Source of the DNA: Ginglymostoma cirratum
Lineage: Eukaryota
Length of the DNA: 64,000 bases
Assembly: GCA_024137785.1 (NCBI GenBank)
Contig: JAHRHZ010000062.1
Location: 27,142,244 to 27,206,243, forward strand
Reading direction: 5' to 3'
Shown here: positions 1-13,430 of the stretch, in pieces
How the letters are laid out: every line of letters begins with the position of its first letter
Position numbering within the stretch: the first letter of the stretch is position 1
Translations under genes and position numbers: made by a program
Notes under the pieces: model-generated
Told to the model about the DNA's origin: nothing
Databases searched by the model: none
Seen by the model: only the letters and a program-made list of their open reading frames with translations

Positions 1-1159
1 GTACTTAGAAATTGAAAATAAGAAGTATCCTAGTCTAATCTACTTGATTGGTGACTTCTTATGAGCATTTTGTACTTTCTTTAGAACACCAGCAGTCAGC
101 AGTACAGAGTTATACTGCTCGCCCCGAATTCCATATTGGCTTAAGCCATTCAGAATTATGTGTACTCATACTTTCACAGTATCCAAACACTTTTTTTAAA
201 GGTGTATGAAATCTCAATATCATGACTACAAAGGAGGGTGGAAATTTCTGATAATATGACGATACTTCTTATCCTGTCTGCTTCTGTGCAGGCTAGTTTA
301 AAACACCAGGATGCTCACTGGCAGGATTATCAGCCCTCCAAGAAAAAAAGAAAAGGAAATGGTTCTTTCTTTTTAAAAGCAGAAACAAGGCTATCACTGT
401 TATTAAACAAATGCCGTCTTCTTGATTTCTAAATTACCAGTGTTCTGTACTTCAGCATGGATACTGTGCCCAGATAACTTCTTTGTATTTTGGGTGACAT
501 CATGAAGAAAATGTCAGTTTTGGAAATGACCCAGGCTGTTCCAGACATTGTGTAGCTTCACATGGGCCTATGGGACAATGCCAGTCCTTTCAAACATTAT
601 GATAAAATGTTTATTTGAACTGAAAAGAAGATTTCTTCAAAACACAAAAAAGTCTGTAAATAGAATGCAGGAATGCCTTAAAATGGAACAGTTTATCTTT
701 AACTAACTTTGTACAATGGGTTCAAAGTTTGCAGCTGGCCCTTAGAGAGGCTCTTCCTTTAGAATCCATAAATGTAAGCCTTCCACTGTCTCAAATTTTG
801 TTTAGTTAACACTGGTGAATACTGCATGCCATTCTATTTTCCATCATCCTCTCCTGCCACACAGGATCACCAATATCCGATTTCCATGCAACTTATGCTC
901 CTTGTTATTATCTCTGCTGTGGTAGTGGTGCTGTGCATTTGGAAAATTGGGAAGTATAATACATTATAACAAATAATATATTAACAAAGAACTGCAAGCT
1001 GAATTCACTTTCTAACGTGCTTCCTTCCTTCGTTGGCACAGTTCCATGGATCCAGCCTCTGGTACCTTACCCAAATGGCTATCCTTCATGCATAAGAGCA
1101 AGTTAGTGTGCACTAGTAGCTCATTTAATATAGCAGACACCGCATCCACAGATAGATAG

Positions 1160-2211
1160 TCATAGACTCATAAAGGTATACAGCACAGAAACAGACCCTT
1201 TGAACCAACTTGTCCATGCCAACCAGATATCCTATATAAATCTAGTCCCATTTGCCAGCTGTTGGTCTATATCCTTCTAAACCCTTTCTATTCATATACC
1301 CACCTAGATGCCTTTTAAATGTTGTAATTGTACCAACCTCACCATTTCCTCTGGCAGCTCATTTCATAAGTGCACCACCCTCTGCATGGTAATGTTGCCC
1401 CTTAGGTCCCTTTTATAGTTTTCCCCTCTCACCTTAAACATATGCCCTCTAGTTTTGGACTCCACTACCCCAGGGAAAAGACTTTGTCTATTTACCCTAA
1501 CCATGCTTCTCATGATTTTAGAAACCTCTATAAGGTCAGCCCTCAGCCTCAGACTCTCCAGGGAAAATAGCCTCAGCCTATTCAGCCTCTCCCTATAGCT
1601 CAAACCCTCCAACCCTGGCAACACCCTTGTAAATCTTTTCTGAACCTTTTCAAGTTTCGCAACATCCTTCCTTTAGGAGGAAAACCAGAATTGCATGCAA
1701 TACTCCAAAAGTGGCCAAACCAATGTCCTGTACAGCAGCAACATGACCTCCAAACTCCTACACGCAATGCACTTCTTAACTCTCCTTTGTACCTGCAACT
1801 CCACTTTCAAGGAACTGTCAACCTGTACTCCAAGGTCTCTTTGTTCAGCAACGCTCCCCAGGACCTTACCATTAAGTGTATAAGTCCTGCCTGATATGCC
1901 TTTCCAAAATGCAGCACCTCATATTTATCTAAATTAAATGCCATCTGCCACTCCTCAGCCCATTGGCCCATCTGATCTAGATCCCGTTGTACTCTGAGGT
2001 AACCTTCTTTGCTGTCCACTACACCTCCAATTTTGGTGGCATCTGCAAACTTACTAACCATACCTTCTTTATTCACATCCAAATCGTTTATATAAATGAC
2101 AAAAAGCGGTGGACCCAGCACCGATCCTTGTGGCACACCAGAGGCAACAGGCCTCCAGTCTGAAATGCAACCATCTACTACCGACCTCTGTTTTACACAT
2201 TTGAGATCCAA
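1160..2211 (-). mobile_element. CR1-clade LINE (shark HER1-like), 5'-truncated: RT domain, C-terminus and 3' tail
   Basis: Minus-strand ORFs 1807-2211 (SGVPQGSVLGPPLFVIYINDLD...FADATKIGG) and 1364-1624 (LSYRERLNRLRLFSLE..RLRADLIEV) are typical CR1 ORF2. The 3' tail ends in ...tatgagtctatg near 1160. Confidence 0.93.
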
Positions 2212-3121
2212 ATAGCTAGTTTTCCCTGTGTTCTGTGTGATTTCTTGTTATTGCTTGACAATTACATACATGCTCTTTCTACCTTACTCACAGCTGACTG
2301 TGGTTCAAAGCTGAAATATTACTGGACTGTAGGCTTCAGTACCAAAGTTTTAGTATGGTTATAAAGTGAATTCTTGAGGATGCTGGAAAAACAATATTCT
2401 TTTAAATATAGAGATTTTACAAGCAGACATTAAAGTTGACAATTATTGGTGGCTCAGCAGAATTTCAAAGCCGTGTTGAATGTAAAGTTTTGGGGCAATG
2501 GTGTGACTATGTAGTGGTTACATTTCATCCATGCAAGTTGATCTTTGGGACTATAAAAATCAAAAGTAACTGAACTGAATACTTTAGTGTTGAGTCACTT
2601 CCCTATGGTGTGGAGACCCCCACACTCATATAAACATACACAGATACTCTCACACTCACACACACTGCAGAATTAGAGGGCACACACTTTATGGTAAATC
2701 TGAGGATTGGAGAATAATTACAACATTCTATTTAAATGACATTTAAATGTTGTCTTGTGGTAATTGTACAATCACAAACTGCAATTTAATGTCGGCATTT
2801 TTTAAAAAATGGCAGCATATTATATTCAGAGCTGACTCTAAATATAGGATTGTGTTATTAAAAAGGTTCATTTAGCACCTTAATATAGCACAAAGAATAC
2901 ATATGTTTTAAATTCAGATGTAAAATTTCATACATCATAACTTATTTAGTGACTGACTGTCTTAATAGAATAATGAATGATCCTGCATGACTAGTACTGA
3001 AATAAGGGACAGAAAATTGCTTAAAGTATAAAGTAAAAGCAGAACACATTAATTAGTTTGAAATCCTGATTGTCATTTAATATTCTATTAGTGGATAAGC
3101 CCACACATACATAATACTGAC

Positions 3122-3362
3122 TAATTCAAAGCTCAAAAACAGACATCGTTGGGAAAGCCCAGCAGGTCTGGCAGCATCTGTGGAGAGAAATCAGAGTTAA
3201 TATTTCGGGTCTATTGATCTTTCTTCAGAACTAGGTAGAAACGTTAACTGTGATTTCTCTCCACAGATGCCCCCAGACCTGCTGAACCTCTCCAGCAATT
3301 TCTGCTTTTTTTTCCGATTTTTCAGCACCCACCATTCTTTTGGTTTTTAGTTAATTCAAAGC
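3122..3362. mobile_element. Short fold-back Penelope-like terminal-repeat (pLTR) insertion
   Basis: Inverted arms (cagcaggtctggcagcatctgtggagagaaatcagagttaa / gttaactgtgatttctctccacagatgc...cagacctgctg), flanked by direct repeat TAATTCAAAGC at 3122-3132 and 3352-3362. Confidence 0.8.
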
Positions 3363-6300
3363 ATGTTGTGAAGAGCTGACTTGAACCAATTACCCTTATT
3401 GATCAGATTAATTGATTCCTGTCTTCATTAGTGTAGCTTAACTTGTGTCGATGTGAGTAAATAGTAAATGATGTACAGTTTTAACTGTACTGCTGTTTGC
3501 ATGGCTTTGCATTGTGTCAAAAGTCCCATTCCCTACTGTCTTATTATTGAGATTACCAATGAAATCTCTTTCTAGTAACCAGCATTGCTTTAGTGTACTC
3601 TGTGTTCTTGTTCATGTTGGGCCCAGCTAAGCCCACTTAAACTTGTAACTTATCTTTTTCATTTAGGTGCTGACCTTCCAGTATTTTCTGCTTCATTTCA
3701 GAGTTCCTTCGTTGACAGTTGATTTTCAAACCTGTGTCTGAGTTACTGAGTTCTTAGCGAGACTGACAATGAGTGCTTTCGATAAGTGGGTCCTTAGAAA
3801 TGGGAAATTGACTCTTGATTCTGACTAACTTTCATCCAGTTCTTTTGCTTTTAGTCCATATTTCATCAGGTGAGGAAGGGGTGTGGCACTTGAATCTTTC
3901 TTCACCCTATACTGCTCAAGTTGAAAAAATTAGTTTTATTTTTAAACCCCAGCTATGGAATTGGAAGCTTTGGCTGTTATGTGATTGTGGCACAAGTTTG
4001 TATCGGAACCTAGCACTATGTTATCAGTGGAGCCTAGCATCAGACTGTGTTGGTCAATTGTTCCTTAGATCTGTTCAAACAAATAGGCATATGTTTGTGA
4101 ACTTCACTGTGCAGCCAGTGATTACTGCCTTGTCTGTCCTTCATAACATTTCAGACTTCTTGTCTGCTCCAGACTGATTTTGCGCTTGGAAAGTGAGCCC
4201 TATCTGAGCACGATAATCATCAGTATGATACTGTAGAGAGAACTCTAACTATGGGAACCAAAGTTACATTGAAGACCTTAAATCTGTCATTGTGCTTTGG
4301 AGCCTGGTTCAGAAATAGCTAAGATTTTTTTTTAAATGAAAAAAATCAGTGTGAACAAGAACAGATGTTGATGTGCATAATTTTATCTGTTGTGATCCCA
4401 TGTGCAGGGGTCAGGAAGGGCAAATGCTAAGAATTGTGCTTAACATGCCAATGACATGATAGCCTGTGCAGTATTTCCCAGAGTTAGAGCTAAAAAAAAT
4501 CTTCCTTTTAAAATACTTTCAGTGCTTAAGGACATTCCACAAAGCCACAAGTTTCTGCATGGCAGATATTTAACTGTCATATAACAGAACTGAAAGAACC
4601 AGGGCAAATGATGTGACCCCATGTGCAAGATGGGAATTCAGGGTGCTGTACATTTCTTTTTATTTTCCTGTAAATTGATTGGGTGGCTGCACCACAGTTC
4701 AATTTGTGCTGCTGCCTGGTGGTATTTTCAAATTTCCTCCCTTTCTCTCTTTCTCATATTAGCTCACATCAGTCCCAAGTGGATTCTCTTTTGAATACCT
4801 CACCCAGTGTGCAATAACTATACCTTGAACCTAGATCAAGACCAATCCTTTACTATTTAAAAGGGAGAAAGGTGGCGGGGGGTGGGGGAGATGTAGACAT
4901 CACAGAATTACCTGGAACTTCAACGAGGAGTATCTACCAGTGCAAATCGACAGGAACAGAGCGGACCCATCACAGGTGAATAAATGGCGGGCTGTTGGTA
5001 TAGTCGATCTGAGAATTCCTTTGGGTTCCCATGGAAGTTATGGCAGGAGAAAAGCATGGCTCCTTGCAAGGTTTCCAGACCAGTGTATTGTTGTATTAAA
5101 CCAACAGCCTAATGATGCCTTGAGCTGACGAAAATATATTCTGCAAATGAAGCTAAGATCCAAACTGTGATGTTCTGAAAGTTCTTGTGTTTCAAGGTGG
5201 ATATAAATTTGGTTCAAAGCTCAATTCATTTTGAATTTTGGCTGTGGCTAATTCACAATGCTGAATCTACAACCATCAATGCATGCCACAATATATTGTG
5301 CCAAGTGCTGTGTATAAAATACTCATTGACACATGATAATAAGTCTATAGTGAGTGATCCAGCAGGTTTTATACTGGAATGGGACACAAAGAGCTAATTC
5401 AAGCATGAAGTGAGAGCTGCTGGATTCATTACTACAGCCATTCAAACATAGTGGGGGAGGACCTTCTTTTAACATTTATTTTACATTCATAGTGAAGAAT
5501 TTTGAGTTTGTTTTTGAAACTTTACTAGTTTGTTCTTTTATACTGACCCTTTTAGGAATTTAAAATATGTTCAGCAATTCAAATACTTTTTACTGGCGTT
5601 ATTGATCAAATACTGCTAGACAAATGAGAATATCAGCTTTTGTCCCATGTGCAGCAATTAAAAATGCAATTGCAAAAGTGAGGTGACACACTTATAATTT
5701 TGATTCCGGTCTGTTTATAAAAGGGAAGAGTTTTCTAAAGGTCAATTTAGCTGGCCAACATGCACTGTATGGGTTCAGATATGAAGAATTAACATTTGGG
5801 TAAAGCTATCATTGAATATTATCTCAACAGAATCTTCAGTAGCAGAAAGCAGAAAACAGTGAAGAGTTACACGACATTTAAACTTGGAAAACATTAAAAC
5901 TTCACTCAAAATAGTTTTAGATAAGATACAAGGATTTTCATAATTTTACTCCTCCGTAACAACCTCGTAATTGTACATTCCAGGAGTTCTGAAGATCCAA
6001 TCTCAACAATACATGTAAGCATTATATTAGGTGTTGATACTACTAACTTCTAGAACATTGATTGTTGAGAAGTACAGAATTGTTTGCATACTACACAGTG
6101 AGGACATTCTGTGTACACAGGACACTTTTCAAGAAAACCCAGAATGGATTTCAAGTTCAGTGGGATGAAAAGTTTGGTGGAGTTGTGGGTGGTTGGGGTG
6201 GGGGGATGGTGGGGGGGTTGGTGGTGGTGGCAGGGCGCATGTTGTCTGTTTTTTGGAATGTGCTCATTAGGATATTTTAACTCCCTAGTCTTTGTTTCTT

Positions 6301-6677
6301 GTCACTTTCTGCAAAAGACAGGTGCTCAAAAGTAGAAAGAATGGTGACTGGTCAGCAAATATCAGGCAACCCTTGGCCATCTTATAACTTTGAAGTAATG
6401 GTAGCCGCAGTGCTGGAGGAGAATGTAATAGTATTGTGCAGAGTAGGAGATGGGGAGAGTGGAAGGGAATTTCTGAGCAAGGAACTGAAACTTGCTCTGG
6501 GACCCAGAGGGTAGCTCCAGCTTTTACTAGTCCCAGAAAAGAAACGTTCAAATCAGCTTATTTGTCTCAAAGCCAAAACAGATCTGCTTCTGTCCACTGT
6601 GAAATTTACAATAATTTCTCCACTTAGGTCCTTCCTAAAAACCTACACGTAGTCTTAGGCATCGAAGTGGTAAGTAA

Positions 6678-7102
6678 TACCATGCAGGACAAAGCAGCCC
6701 ACTTGATTCATATCACATCCACAAACATCCATTCCCTCCACCAGTGACATTTAGTAGCAGCAGTGTGTACTATCTACAAGATGCACTGCAGAAATTCTCC
6801 AACGATCCTTAGAAAACACTTTCCAAACCCACAACAATTACCATCTAGAAGGACAAGGACAGCAGATACATGGGAACTCCACCACCTGCAAGTTCCTCCA
6901 AGCCACTCATTATCCTGACTTGGAAATATATTGCCATTCCTTCACTGTCGCTGGATCAAAATCCTGGAACTCCCTCCCTAAGGGCACAGTGGTTTGTCTC
7001 TTGAACTGGTTCAAGAAAGCAACTCACAAGGACAGCGTCTCAAGGACAACTAGGGATGGCTCAGCTAATGTTGTCCTTGTCCCACGAGTGAATTAAAAAA
7101 AA
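6678..7102 (+). mobile_element. 3' fragment of a second CR1/L2-group LINE family
   Basis: Decayed ORF2 C-terminus (QDKAA.LI...NIHSLH...VAAVCTIYKMHC) and a tail ending gggatgg...gtgaattaaaaaaaa. Related copies lie at 7355-8260, 37360-37570 and 38030-38890. Confidence 0.75.
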
Positions 7103-7354
7103 CTTGATTGAGTTTAAACAGCACCTGCACAGTTTATATTACATGGGTAGTGTTAAGATTGATTCTGTGATGTGAAATCATATTCAAAGTAATCAGTTTT
7201 GATCACTTAATTAGTAATTACGCTATTAGATATGTGACTAATACATACAAGCCAGCATGGTTCCTGGTTCAATCCCCAATCTGTATTGAATCAAGGTAGG
7301 AGTGTGGCAGTTGGTTTCTGTACCAGCAAATTTAAAAGATCATTCATGGGTGCC

Positions 7355-8260
7355 ACTTTTTAAAATTTGCTCTTAGGTTAAGGACTAAATTGGCTATGTC
7401 AATATTTGTTGCCCATCACTAGTAGTCATAGAGAAGATCATGGTGAGCTGCCTTCTTACACTGCTGTAATTCTTAGCATGTGGGAACGTTGATACTGCTA
7501 TTAAGTAGTATGTTCCACGGTGTTGATAACTGCAACACTGAAGAAACTACAAAATAATTCTAAGTGAGGATGATGAGTAACTTGAAGGGAACTTGCAGGT
7601 AATGATGTTTCCATGTATCTACTGCCCTTATCCTTCTAGGTGGTAGATGTTGCGGGTTAAACTGTTCTGCTGAAGAAGCTTAGGCAGGTTGCTGCAGTGC
7701 AGCTTGCAAATGGTATGTATTGCTATCATTGTATGTATATCAGTGCTAGGGTGTTGTAAGTTGAATGTGGTAAATGGGATGCCAATCAAACAAGTCGCAG
7801 TGTGCTGAATGGTGTCGAGTTTCTTGAGAGCTGTTGGAGCTGCTCTCATCAGGCTTGACTTATACCTTGACTCACCCTGACTTATACCTTATAACTTGTA
7901 GACCATGAGGAATTAGGGAGAGAACACATCAGTTTTTGCCATGGAATTCCTCGTCTCTGACCTGTTCCTGTAACTACAGTATTTATATGGCTGTTTCATT
8001 CTGATTCTGGTTGATGTTAACCCCATGATGTTGATAGTTTGAGATTCAACAATGGTAATGTTATTGAAGTTTAGATTCTTTCCCTTGTTTGAGAAGGTCA
8101 TTGCCTGACCCTGCTGTGGTATGTGGTACTTGCAACTTAACAGCCCAAGTCTAGATGTTGCACTATATGTGATATTTCATTATCTGAGGAATTGTGAATG
8201 GTGCTGAACTCTGTGCAATCATCAGGGAACATACCCATATCTGGGGGTTTGTTGGAGGGA
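7355..8260 (-). mobile_element. Same LINE family, older and longer 3' fragment
   Basis: Minus-strand ORFs RAAPTALKKLDTIQHTATCLIGIP, ITIVESQTINIMGLT and DMGMFPDDCTEFSTI (decayed RT ADD motif). Confidence 0.75.
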
Positions 8261-8721
8261 AGGTCAGAGCCATTGGAAAAGTAGGTTAGCATCTTCATGG
8301 GAGAAAAGGAAAGGTAGTACATTCTTTGAGTAAAAGACCAAGTTAAAGTGGAATAAAAACTTTTAAGTCCAGCTTTTACAACACAATGTGATTACAATTC
8401 TTAATTTTTAACATTCTTTTCTATATTATGTTCATATATGTCCTGTGATGTTAATAAATGTAAATCAGAAGATTAAAAACTCATATTGAATTAATTTCAA
8501 ATCTATCAGAACACGCAAATAGAATGCAAACTCTAGTAAAGTGGTGGGTTGCCAAAATAATCTACAAATCTCAAACTTCTGCAGCTTTAGTTTGGATAAT
8601 TCTGTGAATTGGCCCAGTATTGAGAAACAGACAACTAAAGGGTAAGTATTAAGTAGACACCAAACACAGTTTATGTCAAAATAGTTCAAACCAAACTTAG
8701 CTGCTAAATCAAATCTAATCA

Positions 8722-9300
8722 TGACTTGATCATATTAACATGCTACAGGTTATTTGTTGCTCCGGTCTTTGACCTGCAAGCTTAACCTTGTCTAATTAGC
8801 ATGCTATAGGCATTCATTGTTCCAGTCTACAAACTGGGAACCTGACCTTATCCAATTAACATGCTACAGGTACTTACAGCTCCAGTGGATGAGCTGCTTC
8901 ACCTTATCTAATCCACAAGCTGCAGGTATTTACAGCTCCAGTGTATCGGCTGTGAGCGTGTCTTTCTAATTAAAGTGCTACAGGTATTTACTGCGTCGGT
9001 GTATTCGCTGTGAACGTGACCTTATCTAATTAGCATACTGTGAATATTTACTGCACGAGTGTATCAGGTGTGAGCCTGACTTCATCTAATTGAAGTAGTA
9101 CAACTAATTGCTTGCCGATAGTATCAATCCTTAACTTGACTTGATCTAATTAAAATGCTACAATTATCTGCTCCTGCAGTGCATAAATGCCGAATTTCAT
9201 CTGATCTATTTAAAGTGCTGGTATCCACTCTTATGGTCTATCATCACTGATGTGAACATAGGGTGGTTTAACTGAAGTGTTGCAGGTATAAGTATCTCCA
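8722..9300. repeat. Degenerate ~60-bp tandem array, about 10 units
   Basis: TCTAATTA-like anchors at 8730, 8791, 8851, 8907, 8965, 9025, 9085, 9145 and 9205. Approximate unit: TGACCTTATCTAATTARMRTGCTACAGGTATTTACTGCTCCAGTGTATC..CTGTGA. Confidence 0.85.
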
Positions 9301-10129
9301 GTTATTTGTTGCCTGAAAACAGCCAATGCTTTAATCTAACTCTGTGTGACGACATTGAAAGTTGACCTTGCTGAAACATTTGTTTCTTTTTCAATATGGT
9401 CAAATCAGCACTGGATAAAAAACAAACTGGAAACTGAGTTTGTCAAAACCCCAAATCAAACTGGCCAATACTTGGGGAGGAAATGGGCAGCTTTTGATAA
9501 TGTTTATACTTTTCTATTTAAAATTTTGACCCAAACTCATTATTGGGACAGCAACCTTCCATTTCTGTGTCGTCAGGGTAAGAGTTTCTTCTAATAATGA
9601 CTCAAAACAGCAAAAGAGTAAGGCTTGCTACTTCTAACATGTATTGTTTATCCATTGTATTTCAAATTCCATGCAAGCAATATGCTTGAGATGCCATACT
9701 GCCCAGAAAGGTTATCTTTGGCTTGATGTACTTTCTTTCAATACGACACCCAAACACTCCCATCCACATGCATTGTTAACTTATTTGGAATCCAGTTGTC
9801 TGCAACTATTATTAAATGGATGGTGGAATAGAATTCTTTAACTAACCTATGATAGCTGCAAATATTTCAATATTTAATTTTACAAACTTTATTTTGAATT
9901 GTTACATTGTAGAAGATCATTTAATGGTGATACTTTTGAATATCAAATTAAAATGATCTTAATCAACACCTGAAGAATCTTTTAAAAATGTATTTTCACA
10001 GTTATATGTGAAAAAATGAGGAAATTCAAGTTTGGAGCCATAGTGTTTCTCTGTGACCTCATCTTCCATGTCTCTGTAACCTCATCCAGTTCTACAAAAT
10101 TCTTGAAATGTGGCTTTTCCTCCAATTTT

Positions 10130-10380
10130 GGCAGGTCAGTTTCCTTCGCCTCATTGTTGAAGGCCCTAGCCTTCAGCTGTCTTGGCTTGACTTTTTGAAA
10201 TTCCATATGAGGTCTCCACCTCATTACATCCTATTCCTTCTTTAAGACCCCCTCGAAATTGCTTTTGACTAAGCTTTTGATCAATGGACCTCAGTGTCAG
10301 AAATTGTCTGATAATGCTCCTGTGGCATAGCTTGAGAGGTATTACTACATAAAGGTGCAGTATAAATGCATGTCGCTGTT
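10130..10380 (+). mobile_element. L2-type LINE 3' tail relic
   Basis: ccttcagctgtcttggc...tttaagac...aagcttttg...ctcctgtg...ttactacataaaggtgcagtataaatgca, which resembles L2-like 3' ends. Confidence 0.55.
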
Positions 10381-12664
10381 TATGTTCTGTGATGAATTAA
10401 ACTTAATTTTGTCAACTATCAACTGGTCTGCTAGTTGGAATGTCATGCTATGGCACAATCCAACATAGAGTTGAAGAAAGGAAAACAGTCAATTCATCCT
10501 GCTATAAAGCAATATTTTTTGCCATCAAATCACTACAGTGTTAAATGGAGCCGAGGGGGAAAAAAAAATTCTCTCAGCCGAAGATGTGAGGCAACGATCA
10601 GATTTGCTCCTTATTTGCAAAGAATAAAACAATCAAGGAAAGAGCTTTCTAAAAAAAAGACAAGAGGAGGACACAGTGTTACGCAAGATGGACACTTACT
10701 TAAAGGAAGAAGAAACCTAAATATATTTAGTTCTAGAAGATGACCTTGTGGTGCATTGAAGTATGTCATCTTGGCACTTCACAGCTGCAGACATGACATC
10801 CATGAGGGCACAATCATGCAGAGTCCTAACACCGGAGGCTGATACATATGTTGATTTTTATTTTATTCTTATGACATTAATCCTATTTGCCAGCTGTTCA
10901 GCCAGCTGCCATTCTCCAGCTCAGTGGAGATTGGAGTGACGGAGCAGGGACAGTGAGGGTTAAGCCTTACAGCATTCTTTTTCCATTCGACATACAGCCA
11001 GCTAGTGAAAGCTGAGCTCTGATTTTAAGTTCCGTTAGTTCGAGACGTTCACTGATAGACAGTCAGTCTTTGCTTGTGGGTGTGTTTTAAAGTGAAGTCT
11101 TGATTCATTAACTCCTCCAATGCTGAGGCGATTCTATAATTAGCATTCATTGTAAATTCAAAATAATTACTTAGAATAGCTTTTCTGCTTGTTCCTGCTA
11201 ACTGATTTCAAGAAATAGGATCATGATTTCACCAAACTTTCCTGACAGAACTTTTCAGACAGTAGAAAATTTAGGTTATGTTGGTCATCATGTTTGCGTC
11301 CACTTGACTCAACCAACACTATGCAAATTTAGTGAAGACAACATTTTTAAGGTATTGTCAGTAATGTGAATAAGTATAGCTTTCTTGTTTAACGTTTGCT
11401 AAATGCTCAGATAGTTACATGTGTTCTGTGTGATAGCCTTTTGGCCAATGCAGCAACTGGTTTGGAAAGAGTTAATTCTGGCCTAAGGGTTATAATGTTG
11501 ACCCACTGTTGTAAACTGAGAAACGAGTGAAAATGTCATTGTGGTCAAGGGTCATGCATTTCGCAGCACCAACTGCAACAGGACAGCACTGTAGGATTAG
11601 CACCTGGGCGTAATGAAAACGTGACATTAAGTATGTTTAGTAGAGTACACGGATTTTAATTAACCTTGCTTGAGATAAAGTACTGTCTCTGAAACCAACC
11701 ATCTGATATTAACCCTTTTTTCTGACAAATTAGTAGGAACTCCAGTTGGTTAGCACCACAAGTTATGAAACTCATGCTTTAAGAGTTAGTAATTGCCAGC
11801 AAACTCTAAATTCCATGTGCATATGGCTGAAAGGACAGATTATAAGATGTAAGAAAGATAAAACTTTATGGCACATTTAATACTGGCAAAGTAAATTTTT
11901 GACATAAATTAGAAAAAAGTTTCAAACAATAGGACATTAAGACCCCAGAAAGTATACAACGCCTTGCTTGAATACAACATTTATACTAAAGTTCAGGATA
12001 GTACAGTTTGTATGTTTAGTTCTAAATGATACAAGATGCATCTATTGGGTCTTAAGAAAGCCTTTTCATTCAGAGTTCATGTATGCCAGACAGCAATGGA
12101 CAGTGACATCAATTGCAATTGTATCTAACTTTTCATTGATTGCTTTTTATCAGTTACAGTCTTGGGAACAACATTCTGATTACTGGTGCAGAAGCCCCAA
12201 AGTGAAAAAGGCACCTTTGGTTGCATCTGACCACTTTCTGCATGACCCAAGCAAACCAGGAGTCTGGGAACGGTGCAAGCGCGTATTTGCTGTGCGTGCA
12301 CTTGAGGTGTTGAGTGGGCACAAATTATAAAATCCGCAGTTACTTTATACACTTTTTTTAATGTTGACTGCTCAAATCCAATACAACCATGTTACAAAAG
12401 CCTTGTCGTCACAAGAAACAATGGCCCATAGATACTACTGGCCAGATAGTTGTCAGAGCAGCAAAGACTGGAGTTACACATCAGAACTCTGTGTTAGACC
12501 CAACACGGCTGACTTTGAAGGAATTGCCTGGGAGATTGAGTTTTCTGATGGGTATTTTCCTTGTATCTGGTGCCCTCCAAAAAGGTCCATTAACGTTAGA
12601 GATTTCAGATGGTTTCAACTTACTCAAGCTTAATAGTTGCTCAGGAAAGAATTAGAGCATAAAC

Positions 12665-12915
12665 TCAATGACAACCTCCACAGCCCTCTAGGGATAGATT
12701 TTTCCAAAGATATACACTGGTCTGAATGAAGAAATGCCTGCTCACCTCCGTTCTAAGTGACTTATCTCTTATTCTGAGACTGTGTTCCCTACTGCAAGGT
12801 CCATCAGTTCTAGAGAAAACATCCTGCACCTACAGTATCAAGCCCTGTCCTGTAATAATTTTGCATGCTTCTAGCTCGCCTTTCATTCCTCTAAACACTA
12901 GAGAACATAAAATGA
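12665..12915 (-). mobile_element. CR1 LINE relic (ORF2 C-terminus)
   Basis: Similar to 1330-1560 and 38320-38560 (acctccacagccctc...ttccaaaga...gaagaaatgcctgctcacctc). Confidence 0.6.
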
Positions 12916-13140
12916 GGCAGGCTGGGTGAATCTGGGACTCCTTTATTCGAGGTGGTCTGTTGCAGGACTCAGATTCTTTTCTTTTGTTCGGAAAATATCC
13001 CTTCAGAACCCCTTCAACATTCCCTACCTTAGCATCATGCCGAGCATCTCATCCATGAACTTCCTTAACCAAGATCCTGCAACAACAACCTCCACCAGTA
13101 AAATTTTTAAAATGTTTTATCTAAACACACATCAGCAAAA

Positions 13141-13430
13141 GCACGGCGCCAGGGACCTGAGTTTGATTCCACCCTTGGGCGACTATGTGGAGTTTGCACA
13201 TTCTCCCTGTGTCTGCGTGGGTTTCCTCCAGGTGCTCTGGTTTCCTCCCACAGTCCAAAGATGTGCAGGTCAGGTGGATTGGCCGTGCTAAATTGCCCGT
13301 AGTGTTCAGGGATGTGTAGATTAGGTGGGTTAAAGGGGGATGGGTCTGGGTGGGATACTCTGAGGGTCGGCATGGACTTGTTGGGCTGAAGGGCTTGTTT
13401 CTACACTGTAGGGATTCTATGACCTATGAA
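13141..13430 (+). mobile_element. V-SINE (shark HE1-like): partial tRNA head, V-domain core, CR1-derived tail
   Basis: B-box-like gtttgattcc; core GTGGAGTTTGCACATTCTCCCTGTGTCTGCGTGGGTTTCCTCC...CCCACAGTCCAAAGATGTGCAGG; tail matches the CR1 3' end at 1160-1230. Confidence 0.9.

Noticed and set aside
6176-6236. G-rich (GGT/GGG) tract with G-quadruplex potential
   Set aside because: Simple low-complexity repeat with no contextual support for function.
8722-9300. CRISPR-like or 20-aa coding repeat interpretation of the 60-bp array
   Set aside because: Eukaryotic context, no cas genes, the 'spacer' parts are homologous to each other, and the units translated contain stops in every frame.
11968-12655. 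Cluster of 75-120-aa ORFs
   Set aside because: No recognisable domain or consistent splice structure; lengths are within chance expectation.
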